The position numbers were made by a program, and so were the translations under genes. From positions 24,344 to 88,343 of the IMG/VR virus record IMGVR_UViG_2657245143_000002: DNA of 64,000 nucleotides. One strand, given 5' to 3'. Positions 30,373 to 40,410 of the stretch are shown piece after piece (the first letter of the stretch is position 1; each line of letters begins with the position of its first letter). The stretch comes from a virus. Taxonomy: Duplodnaviria; Caudoviricetes. The notes beneath the pieces are model-generated. The model made no database searches and was not told the DNA's origin. It saw only the letters and a list, made by a program, of their open reading frames with translations.

Positions 30373-32331
30373 ATGAGACGAATGCTTGCGAAGGCACTCG
30401 CGCTGCTCATGGCGCTGGCGACGCTTTTCGCGCCCGTGGTGGCGGCGCACGCCGCCGTGCCAGCCACCGACGCGGGAGGCGCGGCCGCGGCCGCAGCGGC
30501 GGAGGTCGTCCGAAAGGACGTCAACTGCGACCCGACCGTGCCGGACTACGCCGGCACGGAGGCGTGCGGAAATCCGGGAACCGGCGGCGGGACGCACTGC
30601 TCGATCACATCCTTCGACGCGGCCTCCTCCCATGAGGGCGGGAACGGCTGGAACGACCACTTCCCGCGCTACGACAGCGACAACCCCTGCCTGCCGACCG
30701 GCAAGGCCAAGGTCAGCAAGTCCGATGTGAACGTCGGTGAGAAATTCCACGACGACATCACCATCACGCCGCAGAGGGAGAGCCCCGGCGTCACGGGCAC
30801 CGTGGACTACACGCGCAGGGATTTCTACGTGCGACCCTATGCCTCCGCGCTCCAGCAGGACGGCACCTATAAGGCGCTCGAAGGCTACGCCCCGGAGGAC
30901 ATCAAGCTCACCGACGCGCAGCTCAAGGACCTCTCCGACGGCAAGGACGTCACGGTCGCCACACCCGACGCGACCTACGGCAAGGCCGGGAAAGTGTTGT
31001 GGGGCTTCGCCTTCTACATGGACGGCGGCAAGGAGAAGACGGTGCTGATCGAGCAGGACCCCAGCGCCGACCTGACCGACGCGACCGTGACCGTGACGGA
31101 CAAGGCGAGCCATCCGGGCATCGACGCCGAGAAGCACGACAAGGAATCCGGCCCCGTCGAGGCCGAGCTGGCGACGAGGGCGTCCGTCAAGGGCGGGTAC
31201 TCCGACTGGCACCCCGAGGAAGGTGTCGCCAGCGGCGGCACCTACAACTTTGGCAGTCTGGGTGACTCCTTCGACGACAACATCGCCCTGCGCGGCGACC
31301 TGCCGGAGGGCGGCTACGTCGAGGTCACCGCCTACGAGCCGCAGGCCGGCGACAGGTTCGACCCCGCCAAGGCGAAGCCGATGTCCGGCTTCCCGCAGCG
31401 CATCGACCTCACCGCCCGGCAGATCGCGGACGCCAAGGCCGGCAAGTGGGTGACCTTCGCCTCCAAGGAAACCGGCCCGGTCACCGCCAAGGGCCGCATC
31501 CAGTGGGCCGCCACGCTGTACGATGCCAAGGGCAACAAGGTCACGGACGACACCAAGAGCAAGTACTCGTCCGAATACAACATCGTCTCGGTGCCCTACT
31601 GCACCTATAGGGCGGGCTCAGCGGCCCCCGGCGGGCCGGCCACATCCCTGCCCGCCCTCAGCGAGACCGACTGCGCCCCGACCCTGACCACCAAGACGAG
31701 CAGGGACTCCGTGGGCACCGGCGGGAGGTTCCATGACGTCGTGACGATCACCCTGCCCAAGGTCCCCGACGGCAAGGGCGGCTTCTACGACGAGTACATG
31801 GGCTTCCACTACGACGATGGAAACGACGAGAACTTCTACACGATGGACGGCAGGATGTACCTCTACCTCGACGTGACCGCCTACGAGCCGCAGGACGGCA
31901 AGTTCGACAAGGGCTCCGCCAAGGTGCTCCACAACGAGAAGATCAGGCTGACCGACCAGCAGACGAAGGACCTCCTGAAGAACCACTCCGTCACCATCGA
32001 CACCTCCGACGTCTCCGCCGACAGGGCCGGCAACGTCTACTGGGCCGTGTCGCTCTACACGGACGCCGTGACACCGGAGGGCGGCGAGAAGTTCCTGAAC
32101 CGCTACAAGGGCTGGACCTCGCTCAAGGAGCTTCCCGCCCTGTGGGCCACCCACAAGGTCGGCATCCCGGAGGAGACCACCAAGGTGACCCCGACGCCGG
32201 TCCCCATGAGCAAGGACCTCGCGCAGACCGGCGTAAGCGTGTCCGTCCCCGGGCTCGTCGCGGTGGGTCTGTTGATCGCAGCGACCGTGCTGGGCATCGT
32301 GGCGGCCAAGAGGTCGCGCATCGGCTCCTGA
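30373..32331 (+). CDS. Cell-wall-anchored adhesin with repeated Ig-like domains
   Basis: Signal peptide; repeated FHD.I.IT/VTAYEPQ/YWA units; LAQTG sorting motif, TM and basic tail. Confidence 0.8.
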   Translation: MRRMLAKALALLMALATLFAPVVAAHAAVPATDAGGAAAAAAAEVVRKDVNCDPTVPDYAGTEACGNPGTGGGTHCSITSFDAASSHEGGNGWNDHFPRYDSDNPCLPTGKAKVSKSDVNVGEKFHDDITITPQRESPGVTGTVDYTRRDFYVRPYASALQQDGTYKALEGYAPEDIKLTDAQLKDLSDGKDVTVATPDATYGKAGKVLWGFAFYMDGGKEKTVLIEQDPSADLTDATVTVTDKASHPGIDAEKHDKESGPVEAELATRASVKGGYSDWHPEEGVASGGTYNFGSLGDSFDDNIALRGDLPEGGYVEVTAYEPQAGDRFDPAKAKPMSGFPQRIDLTARQIADAKAGKWVTFASKETGPVTAKGRIQWAATLYDAKGNKVTDDTKSKYSSEYNIVSVPYCTYRAGSAAPGGPATSLPALSETDCAPTLTTKTSRDSVGTGGRFHDVVTITLPKVPDGKGGFYDEYMGFHYDDGNDENFYTMDGRMYLYLDVTAYEPQDGKFDKGSAKVLHNEKIRLTDQQTKDLLKNHSVTIDTSDVSADRAGNVYWAVSLYTDAVTPEGGEKFLNRYKGWTSLKELPALWATHKVGIPEETTKVTPTPVPMSKDLAQTGVSVSVPGLVAVGLLIAATVLGIVAAKRSRIGS

Positions 32332-32454
32332 GCCGGCACCGCATAGACCGGTAAAGGCCACGCTTCCACCAAGGAGGCGTGGCCTTTCCCATGCCGCCCG
32401 CACAGCCCTTCCCGAAAGACCACGAAGGCCCTCCGTCACAGAAAGGCATTTGAT

Positions 32455-33183
32455 ATGTTCAAGTTCAAGAAGGCATCCGCAGCGGTCGCCTCGGCGTTGC
32501 TCGCGTTCGCGGCTCTGGTTCCGTCCACGGCGTTCGCGGCGGGCGGCGGCAGCGCCGACGCGGGCCCGGTCGAATACCCGGTGGGCCTCCCGACGAAGGT
32601 CGCCGGCTCCGCCTACACCGCATCCGTGGGTGATGACCTCTCCTATGACATCACCATGTACTACGTGGACAGCGACTTCGGCACCAACAACACGGTCCCC
32701 GGCAGGAAGGACAACACGAGGATGTTCGTGGACGTCTACTGGTCCGACCAGAAGCCGGATTACGGCGACTTCACCGAGCAGAACCCCGTGGAGGACGCGC
32801 ACCACAAGAAGGTCGCCCACCGCATCTATGACATGGCCCCACTTGTAGCGCCTGCGGTCCAGAAGGACATGGACGACAACTACTACAACGGCCCATACAG
32901 CTCCTACTACCAAGAGCACTACACCCCGGAGGAGTTCAGGGGGACCAGCGCTCCGAACGTGACCTTCACCGCGTTCGGCCCCAACGGCATGCCCACCAAG
33001 AACGGCGTCAAGCCGACCTTGAAGGCCGACAAGCCCGGTTACTACACCGCCGTCGTGACGCAGGACCTCCCCTCCAACTGGAAGGACAGGAGCTCCACGG
33101 TGGTCAAGGACTACTGCGACGCCTCGGACCCCGCCGGCCACACCTCCTACAACAGTTGGAACGCCACCATCGAGGTCAAGTGA
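32455..33183 (+). CDS. Secreted hypothetical protein
   Basis: MFKFKKASAAVASALLAFAALVPSTAFA signal peptide. Confidence 0.75.
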   Translation: MFKFKKASAAVASALLAFAALVPSTAFAAGGGSADAGPVEYPVGLPTKVAGSAYTASVGDDLSYDITMYYVDSDFGTNNTVPGRKDNTRMFVDVYWSDQKPDYGDFTEQNPVEDAHHKKVAHRIYDMAPLVAPAVQKDMDDNYYNGPYSSYYQEHYTPEEFRGTSAPNVTFTAFGPNGMPTKNGVKPTLKADKPGYYTAVVTQDLPSNWKDRSSTVVKDYCDASDPAGHTSYNSWNATIEVK

Positions 33184-33360
33184 CCCCGCGCCGGGCATCT
33201 TGACGAGCGCCTACCCCGTGGGCACCGGCAAGATCACCCCGTGAACGGGGCGACGACCAGAGGAACCGCGCATGCGCCGCAAGGCGGTGCGCGGTTTTCT
33301 CGTATATCCGGTTTCTTTTGCGATTCGACGGCCGACCAACCGTCGGAGGAGGGTTGAAAA

Positions 33361-33915
33361 ATGAGTCTCAGATCGAAAATGTGGAAGGCGTGGCGGGAGT
33401 ACCAATATCTCCGCTGGCTCGCCTACGTCGCGTCGGTGCTGGTGCCGATGCTGTCCCTCGCGGGGGCGTGGCTGTGGAGGCGGACCACGGAGCTCGCCGC
33501 GTCGGCCCCGGAGTTCTCCGGCGGCGACGAGACGTGGGGCGGCCTGTCGAAGGCGGTGGGCACGACCGCCGCGGCGGGTGCCCCTGCGGTCCCGCTGTGG
33601 GTCCTGCTCGCCCCGCTGCCCGTCGTCCTGCCGCTCTGCGTGCTGCTGTGGCCGCAGCCCAAGCCGAAGGTCCCCAAGGACGGCAAGGGTCCACGGAGGT
33701 TCCCGGAGGAGGAGGCCGCCAAGGCGAAGCGGACCTGCCACGGCAGGTGCCAGCGCAGGTCGCTGCTGGGTCTGGGGCCGCGATGCGAGGAGCGCCCGTG
33801 CAGGCTGCTGCATGTGTTCCCGTGGGACAAGGGAGGCCCTTCGACGGCGGACAACGCGATGGCGGTGTGCAGGAGGCACGCCAAGGCGGGGGGAGCGGAG
33901 GCTGAACTGGATTGA
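33361..33915 (+). CDS. Membrane protein with degenerate HNH domain
   Basis: Two TMs; C..RC..HVFPWDKGGPSTADNAMAVCRRH HNH-like. Confidence 0.6.
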   Translation: MSLRSKMWKAWREYQYLRWLAYVASVLVPMLSLAGAWLWRRTTELAASAPEFSGGDETWGGLSKAVGTTAAAGAPAVPLWVLLAPLPVVLPLCVLLWPQPKPKVPKDGKGPRRFPEEEAAKAKRTCHGRCQRRSLLGLGPRCEERPCRLLHVFPWDKGGPSTADNAMAVCRRHAKAGGAEAELD

Positions 33916-33991
33916 GGCGGCGAGGATAAGGCGGGGCGGAAGATCACGCACCATGCGGGAGACGACGAAAAACTAGTTGGAGGAGTGCCAG

Positions 33992-34744
33992 ATGGACAAA
34001 AGGCTTAGTGGTTCCGTATTGAGAGGGAAGCGCCTGCGGGAGTACAAACCCAGCTATCGCACTTATCAGGGGCTCTTACTGAGTGAGGCTCAGGTTGTGG
34101 TGAAGCCGCGAGTCACCAAGGCTGACAGACAGCGATATGGCAAGGGTTTTGTGGCATTTAGCTGTCCCTACTGCCTCTACCACATGGAGCTCCCTCTGGA
34201 CCGTTGGGTGCGGCACTCCTTTTGCAAGGGCTGCAAGAGGCATATCTGCCCGATGGGCTCCTCGTTCATGGAAGTCATGGTGTTCGTAACCCTTCGCAGA
34301 AGGTATCTGGGGGCGCTCTGGCATGACTATTCGCTGATCGGCAGGGAGCTGGACGTTTACCTACCGAATGAAGGCATCGCAATCGAAGTAGGCTCATGGT
34401 ATCAGCACAAGGGCGAACTCAAAGCCGATATGCAGAAACGAGAGCTGTGTGAGGAAAAGGGCGTCAGATTGCTGACCATCTACAATGGCAAAGTCGAGAA
34501 AGGCGACCCAAGGGTGCCGGCAGATTGCTGGTTCTGCCAGCAGGACTTGTTTGCAAACAGCACGCTTTCCGACAAGAGCCTTCGGTACATGATCGAGGCA
34601 ATTCTGGGAGAGCTTGGTGGTCCATCACTAACCTCGGAGGAGTGGTGGCAAGCCAAGCTGGACTGCTTCAAGATGACCTTGGCTGAGAAGGTGCCCTCCG
34701 ACTTCTACTGGGAGGACCTAGAAAAGGCAAGGACCTGCGCCTGA
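33992..34744 (+). CDS. Zn-finger + Vsr/DUF559-like endonuclease
   Basis: CPYC..CKGC; ELDVYLPNEGIAIEVGSWYQH..K..C..KGVRLL; lower GC. Confidence 0.65.
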   Translation: MDKRLSGSVLRGKRLREYKPSYRTYQGLLLSEAQVVVKPRVTKADRQRYGKGFVAFSCPYCLYHMELPLDRWVRHSFCKGCKRHICPMGSSFMEVMVFVTLRRRYLGALWHDYSLIGRELDVYLPNEGIAIEVGSWYQHKGELKADMQKRELCEEKGVRLLTIYNGKVEKGDPRVPADCWFCQQDLFANSTLSDKSLRYMIEAILGELGGPSLTSEEWWQAKLDCFKMTLAEKVPSDFYWEDLEKARTCA

Positions 34745-35169
34745 CCCACACCCAAGACCAAACCCCGGCAATGACGCCGGGGTTTTCCATATACGCGCCC
34801 AGATGCACAGTGTCAGAAAAACTGGGTAAGCAACCTCCCCAAAGTTTCCGACACCGCCTCCCCAGTTTCGTTATCGGATATACCCGAGGGAACCACCGAG
34901 ACCGGATGCCCCGCCCGGCAGGCCGGTGACCGTCGGAGGCCGACCACAGGCCACGGCCTGTGGTCGAAGACCTCTTAGGTCTTTGAGAGGCCGTAGAAGG
35001 CCGCAGAAGGCGGTTCTGTAGGTCCCAGAGGCCTCCGTGCAGCCTCTCAAGCCCTTCGCTGCCCGGGAAAGCCGTCATCCCCATCCGGTGGCCGTCCAAG
35101 ACCATCTAGGACCGGGGACGGGCGTGCCGCCCGCGTGGGAGGCTTCCCGAAGGGACCTCCGAAAGGCCC

Positions 35170-35750
35170 CAAACACGGCCGTGCCACCTCCGTGCCAGCC
35201 CTGTGCCACCCGAAAACGTTGAAATTCCGCCATTCTTGATTTTCGGCCGAAAACGGCCGTGCCACCGGCCCCGGTCGTCCTCGACCGGAGGGCGAAAATG
35301 ACGAAAACCCTTGTGGGAGTAGGGCTGAGGGGTTGTATAAGTAAGTAATAATATATATGAAATATCTATTATTTATATATATATTTGGCACACTTGGCAC
35401 GGCACAACGCATATTTCATCCCCTCGCGCCTATACGCTCCGCCGATTTCATTCCTGAAAATCGCGTCCGTGTAAGACACCCTTCAAAAGCCGTGCCACCC
35501 GTGCCACCGTGCCAGCCCTACTCCCACAAGGGTTTTCGGCATCGACCGGGAAACAGACTGTGCCAGTCGTGCCGGTGTGAAATCACCCCAAAAATCGCCT
35601 CTGAGCCCTACTCCCGCTTGGGTTTTCATGGGGTGGCACAGCGAAAAACGGCGCATGAGCAAAACTGCGAGGCGACTTAACAAATCGTTAACTCTACCTG
35701 TAAAAACAGCTCATGCGATTTTTGGGAAAGTCGAAAACCGTGCCACCCTC
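35170..35750. other. Candidate replication origin: GTGCCA iterons, AT-rich core and 26-bp inverted repeat
   Basis: More than 10 GTGCCA/TGGCAC copies; AT-rich 35335-35385; perfect IR 35302-35327 / 35513-35538; no credible CDS. Confidence 0.65.
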
Positions 35751-35893
35751 CTCCGCTCGCGGGGCCCCGCCCTCCCACATGCGGCACCGGACGGCTTGGC
35801 TACGCATTTTCGGGCCGAAACCTCCCCAGTTTTTCTGCCACTTCGGGTTTTCCGCGCCATGACGTCCATAGAAGCAGAAGGAAAGGAACAGCC

Positions 35894-36844
35894 ATGACCA
35901 TGAGAACCGGAAGCATCAGCAGAATCCTGATCGGCGCGTCCGCCGCCCTCGCCGTGGCGCTCGTCGCCGTCCTCGGCGTCGGCGCTTGGAGGTCGGCCCA
36001 CGAACCGACGCCGGAGGCACCGCAGGCGTCCGAATCCACTGCGGCCGGCCTCAAGGCATCGCAATCGCAGCTCGACCGCGCCGTGGAGTACGAGACGGCG
36101 CTGCGCCAGTGGGGCGTCCAGTACCCCAAGGACCTGAAGGAGTGGTCCGGCCTCTCCACGGAGGACCTGCTCGGCAGGACCCGCACGCCGGATAACCTCG
36201 ACGCCTCCGTGCTCGGCAAGGCCACCGGCTCGGCGCTCCCGGATTCCAAGGACGCGAAGATCGGCCCGCACTCGAAGTCCGACCTCTGCAAGGACTGGGG
36301 CGACGACTCGTGGCAGTGCCAAGAGAGCCCCGACATGCTCGCCTACGAGCGCAACAACCACTGGTCGATGGGCGCGACGTTCATCGAGGGCCCGACCGCC
36401 AAGGACAACGGCGACGGCACCATCGACGTCACGGGCACATTGCGCTGGACGATCTGGTCGGACGCGAGGGACACGCTCTCGCAGGAGGGCCACTGGGCCT
36501 TCGCGCCGCTCCAGTACGACGTGCCCGTGTCCGACCGCCTGAAGGTCGGGGCGGACGGCACTGTGGTCTACAGGAAGGACCTCAAGGCCCAGCCTTGGTG
36601 GGCCGACCCGTTCTTCAGCGATTGGAGGGACCAGTCCGCCACCTCCGCCGGTGCCGGCCTGACCCGCACCCGTATTGTGCTGCCCGTCAGCGGCGACGCG
36701 CCCGACGTGGGTCTGAACGGCGACGCCGACGAGCCGGTGGTGAGGAACCCCGCCGATCAGGGCGACCCGGACATCGACTGGTCGCTGTGGTATGACGAGG
36801 GGCTGCTGCTGCCGTCGGGCGGAGAGGGGAGGCAGGGGCTCTAG
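35894..36844 (+). CDS. Membrane-anchored/secreted hypothetical protein
   Basis: N-terminal TM, RBS, motif A upstream. Confidence 0.7.
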   Translation: MTMRTGSISRILIGASAALAVALVAVLGVGAWRSAHEPTPEAPQASESTAAGLKASQSQLDRAVEYETALRQWGVQYPKDLKEWSGLSTEDLLGRTRTPDNLDASVLGKATGSALPDSKDAKIGPHSKSDLCKDWGDDSWQCQESPDMLAYERNNHWSMGATFIEGPTAKDNGDGTIDVTGTLRWTIWSDARDTLSQEGHWAFAPLQYDVPVSDRLKVGADGTVVYRKDLKAQPWWADPFFSDWRDQSATSAGAGLTRTRIVLPVSGDAPDVGLNGDADEPVVRNPADQGDPDIDWSLWYDEGLLLPSGGEGRQGL

Positions 36845-37019
36845 AAGTCGGCAGCCGACATCGGCATCGAAGCCAAGGCGACCGGGAACGGTCGCCTTCT
36901 TCGTTTCGGGCACCCCTTGGTTCATTCCAAGGGTTCTCTCTTTTTTTGCCTTGGCGATTCCGCACCATGCCGCCTCCGAAGGACAGTCCCCTGTGGACCT
37001 ATTTTTCAGGAGGTAGCCT

Positions 37020-39851
37020 ATGTCCAACGAGGTTTTGAGGGTCGCCAAGCGCGACGGCCGCACCGTCGCCTTCGACCGCACGAAGATAGCGAACGCCATC
37101 CGGCTGGCGTTCGGGGACGTCAAGAGGGAGGTGGGGCCGCAGGAGGCCAAGGACATCGACGGCATCGCCGCCGGCATCGAGGCCAAGCTGAGGGCCGGGG
37201 ACACGTCGGAGCCCGTCGAGATAGCCGACATCCAGACGCTCGTGGAGCGTGCGCTGGTGGCCGGGCACCACTACGACGTGGCGAAGGCGTACACGGACTG
37301 GCGTCTCGCACGCGACGTCGAGCGGGCGAAGGCCACGGACGTGAACGAGGCGGTGCGGCGGTTCATCGACAGGGACCCGACGATCATGCACGAGAACGCC
37401 AACCGCCCGTCCGAAATCTACATCACGCAGCGCGACCTGCTGGCTGGTGCCGTGAGCAAGGCGGCTGCGCTGAGGATGTTGCCGCAGGACGTGGCGAACG
37501 CGCATCAGAAGGGCATCATCCACTTTCACGACCTTGACGTGTCGCCGTTCACGGCGGAATCTAATTGCAGCCTCGTAAATTTCTGGGACATGCTCGGCCA
37601 CGGTTTCTCACTCGGCGGCTCCGAGATGGACTCCCCGAAATCCATCGGCATCGCGGCCACCCAGATATGCCAGATCATGCAGGAGGTCGCCGTCTCGCAG
37701 TACGGCGGTCAGACGGCCAACCGTCTTGACGAGCATTTGGCCGAGTACGCCAAGAAGGATTTCTGGAAGTTCATGGAGGAGGCCCGCGAGGCCATCCCGG
37801 ATGGCACCACCATCGAGCAGGCCAAGCGCGTCGTCGCGGCGGCGAAGGCCAACGAACCGGCCAGACTCCATTTCGAGCGTGACCGCGAACCGCTGCCGAT
37901 GGATGCGCCGTTCCACGAGGACGCCGACGAACTGACGCGGCAACGCGAAGTCCTCGCCAAAATCCGCACCCGCAAGGCCATCTACGACGCGATGCAGACG
38001 ATGGAGTACCAGATCAACAGCAACAGGGTCGGCAGCGGCCAGACGCCGTTCGTCACCATCGGCTTCGGCCTCGGCACCGACTGGTTCAGCCGCGAGATTC
38101 AACGCTGCCTGCTGCTCAACCGCATCATGGGCTTGGGCCGGCACCACCGCACGCCGATATTCCCCAAGCTGGTGTTCACCGTCAGGCACGGCGTCAACAG
38201 CGAGCCGGACGACCCGAACTACGACATCAAGCAGTTGGCGCTGGAGTGCGCCACGAAGCGCATGTACCCCGATGTGGTGTTCTACGAGAACATCGTCAAG
38301 ATCACCGGCTCCTTCAAGGCACCGATGGGTGCCGTGGCCGGATACTCGGGCATCGTCTGCCGTATTGGCGACAAGGCCCCGGAGGACTTCGGTTTCTCCG
38401 AGTTCTGGCAGTACATGAAGGCTGACTACGGCATGAAGCCACAGGGGACGAACGGCGACGACTGGATGGTTGACATCCCGGAGGAGGCGAACGTCCGCAT
38501 CAAGGACTCCGCCTCACCGGACGGCTGGGCCAAGGTACGCCGCGTCATCTCGAACGCATCCCGCGTCTGGCTTCGCATCTCCACCAAGAACTTCACCGTG
38601 GACTGCACGGACGACCACCCGTGGCCCACCAAGCGGGGCCGCGTCGAGACCAAGGACCTCACGTTGTCCGACGTGCTTTTCGATGCCGAAGGCAACGAGC
38701 AACCCGTCATCGCCGTCAAGCGCGTTGACGTCAAAATGCGCTCCTACGACGTCACCACCTCGACCGACCGCTTCGACGTCAACGGCCTGCGGTCGCACAA
38801 CTGCCGCTCCTTCCTTCAGGGCTGGGTCAACCCGGAGACCGGCGAGGACGAGGAGGATGGCCGCATGAACCTCGGCGTCGTCTCCGTCAACCTACCGCGC
38901 ATCGCCCTTGAATCCAACGGCGACAAGGACCGGTTCTGGAAGCTGCTGGACGAGCGCCTTGAGATCGCCCACCACGCGCTTCAGTTCAGGATAAGGCGCT
39001 GCAAAGAGGCCAAGCCGGAGAACGCGCCCGCCCTGTTCGAGTACGGCGCGTTCGGCCGCCTCAAGCCGGGCGACGACGTGGACGCGCTCTTCCGCAACGG
39101 CAGGGCGACCGTCTCGTTGGGCTACATCGGCATCGCGGAGGTCGTGGCCCGCTTCTACGGCAAGGGCTGGATACGCGACCACTCGTGGGACGAGGATGGC
39201 CGTCGGTTCGGTCTGAGCATCGTCAGGCACATGCACGACAAGTGCGTCGAATGGGAGAGGGCGGAGGGCTACCACTACAGCCTCTACAGCACCCCGGCGG
39301 AGAGTCTGACCGACCGCTTCAACAAGATGGACCGCAGGCTGTTCGGCCGCGTCGAGGGCGTGACGGATCACGACTTCTACACCAACAGCTTCCACTACCC
39401 GGTGTGGCTCCGGCCCACGCCGATGGAGAAGCTCGACTACGAGAAGGACTTCCCGTACTACGCTTCCGGCGGCTTCATCCACTACGCGGAGTTCCCGATG
39501 CTCCAGCAGAACCCCAAGGCCCTTGAGGCGGTGTGGGACTACGCGCACGATCTGGGCATCGGCTATCTGGGCACCAACACGCCCATCGACCACTGCTACG
39601 TGTGCGGCTTCGAGGGCGACTTCGAGCCGACCGAGGAGGGGTTCAGGTGCCCGGAGTGCGGCAACACCGACCCGCTGAAAAGCGACGTCACCAAGCGCGT
39701 GTGCGGGTACCTCGGCTCCCCGGTGGCCCGCCCGATGATTCACGGACGCCATGAGGAGATCGCCCATCGCGTCAAGCACATGAGCGGCGAGACCGGCAAG
39801 GTCACGCTGGACGACGGCACCGAGAGGGAGTGGTTCGAGGAGACCGAGTAG
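37020..39851 (+). CDS. nrdD: Anaerobic (class III) ribonucleoside-triphosphate reductase with intein
   Basis: ATP cone (VAKRDGR), HENAN, HFHDLD, NCSL, PMG|CRS, TPAES, Zn ribbon, RVCGYL glycyl-radical motif. Confidence 0.95.
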   Translation: MSNEVLRVAKRDGRTVAFDRTKIANAIRLAFGDVKREVGPQEAKDIDGIAAGIEAKLRAGDTSEPVEIADIQTLVERALVAGHHYDVAKAYTDWRLARDVERAKATDVNEAVRRFIDRDPTIMHENANRPSEIYITQRDLLAGAVSKAAALRMLPQDVANAHQKGIIHFHDLDVSPFTAESNCSLVNFWDMLGHGFSLGGSEMDSPKSIGIAATQICQIMQEVAVSQYGGQTANRLDEHLAEYAKKDFWKFMEEAREAIPDGTTIEQAKRVVAAAKANEPARLHFERDREPLPMDAPFHEDADELTRQREVLAKIRTRKAIYDAMQTMEYQINSNRVGSGQTPFVTIGFGLGTDWFSREIQRCLLLNRIMGLGRHHRTPIFPKLVFTVRHGVNSEPDDPNYDIKQLALECATKRMYPDVVFYENIVKITGSFKAPMGAVAGYSGIVCRIGDKAPEDFGFSEFWQYMKADYGMKPQGTNGDDWMVDIPEEANVRIKDSASPDGWAKVRRVISNASRVWLRISTKNFTVDCTDDHPWPTKRGRVETKDLTLSDVLFDAEGNEQPVIAVKRVDVKMRSYDVTTSTDRFDVNGLRSHNCRSFLQGWVNPETGEDEEDGRMNLGVVSVNLPRIALESNGDKDRFWKLLDERLEIAHHALQFRIRRCKEAKPENAPALFEYGAFGRLKPGDDVDALFRNGRATVSLGYIGIAEVVARFYGKGWIRDHSWDEDGRRFGLSIVRHMHDKCVEWERAEGYHYSLYSTPAESLTDRFNKMDRRLFGRVEGVTDHDFYTNSFHYPVWLRPTPMEKLDYEKDFPYYASGGFIHYAEFPMLQQNPKALEAVWDYAHDLGIGYLGTNTPIDHCYVCGFEGDFEPTEEGFRCPECGNTDPLKSDVTKRVCGYLGSPVARPMIHGRHEEIAHRVKHMSGETGKVTLDDGTEREWFEETE
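38331..38801 (+). mobile_element. 157-aa mini-intein in NrdD, starting with Ala
   Basis: Insert between PMG and CRSF; block B TDDHPW, block F YDVTT, C-terminal SHN|C; no endonuclease domain. Confidence 0.9.
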
Positions 39852-40000
39852 CGCCTTCCCGGACGGAACGTGCGGTTTCGGAGGTCAAAAACGCGAAAAA
39901 ATCGCGGAAAACGACCCCGGAACCGCACGTTTCCGTTTTTCGGCGTCGAAAAACGCCAGCACAGCCAACCCCGGAAACGAACGAAAGGCAAGGACCGGCA

Positions 40001-40348
40001 ATGGCAGCAAACATGAATTTCAAGGCATCCGACGGCATCACCCTGACCGCCGCGGTGATGGGTCGCATGGGCGCGTTGGAGGAGGACGCCCCCGCGTCGC
40101 TGGTCGAACGGGCGACGGACAAGGCGGTCGAGCTGCGCAAGGCGTTGGAAAGGCACCCCGACGTCATCATGATGGTGATGCCCGGCCTCGGCTTCGCCAT
40201 GCGCGTCGAAGGACACAAGAAGCGCATGATTGCCGAGCTTCACGCCGCAGGAGGATGGGGCACGTTCGCCTCGGACGGCGAGACCAACGAATACGGAACC
40301 GCCGGGGAGATGCTTGACGAGGCGGACGAACAGCTCCGCGAGGATTGA
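40001..40348 (+). CDS. Hypothetical protein
   Basis: MAANMNFK.., RBS and GCACAG motif upstream. Confidence 0.6.
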   Translation: MAANMNFKASDGITLTAAVMGRMGALEEDAPASLVERATDKAVELRKALERHPDVIMMVMPGLGFAMRVEGHKKRMIAELHAAGGWGTFASDGETNEYGTAGEMLDEADEQLRED

Positions 40349-40410
40349 TCTGTCGCACAGCCCACCGCAGCAAAAGCGGTAGGCCTTCCCATATTTGAAG
40401 GAGCTTTCTC

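Noticed and set aside
35170-35750. Repeats considered as a CRISPR array
   Set aside because: Repeats are 6-9 bp, irregularly spaced and in both orientations; no cas genes in the window
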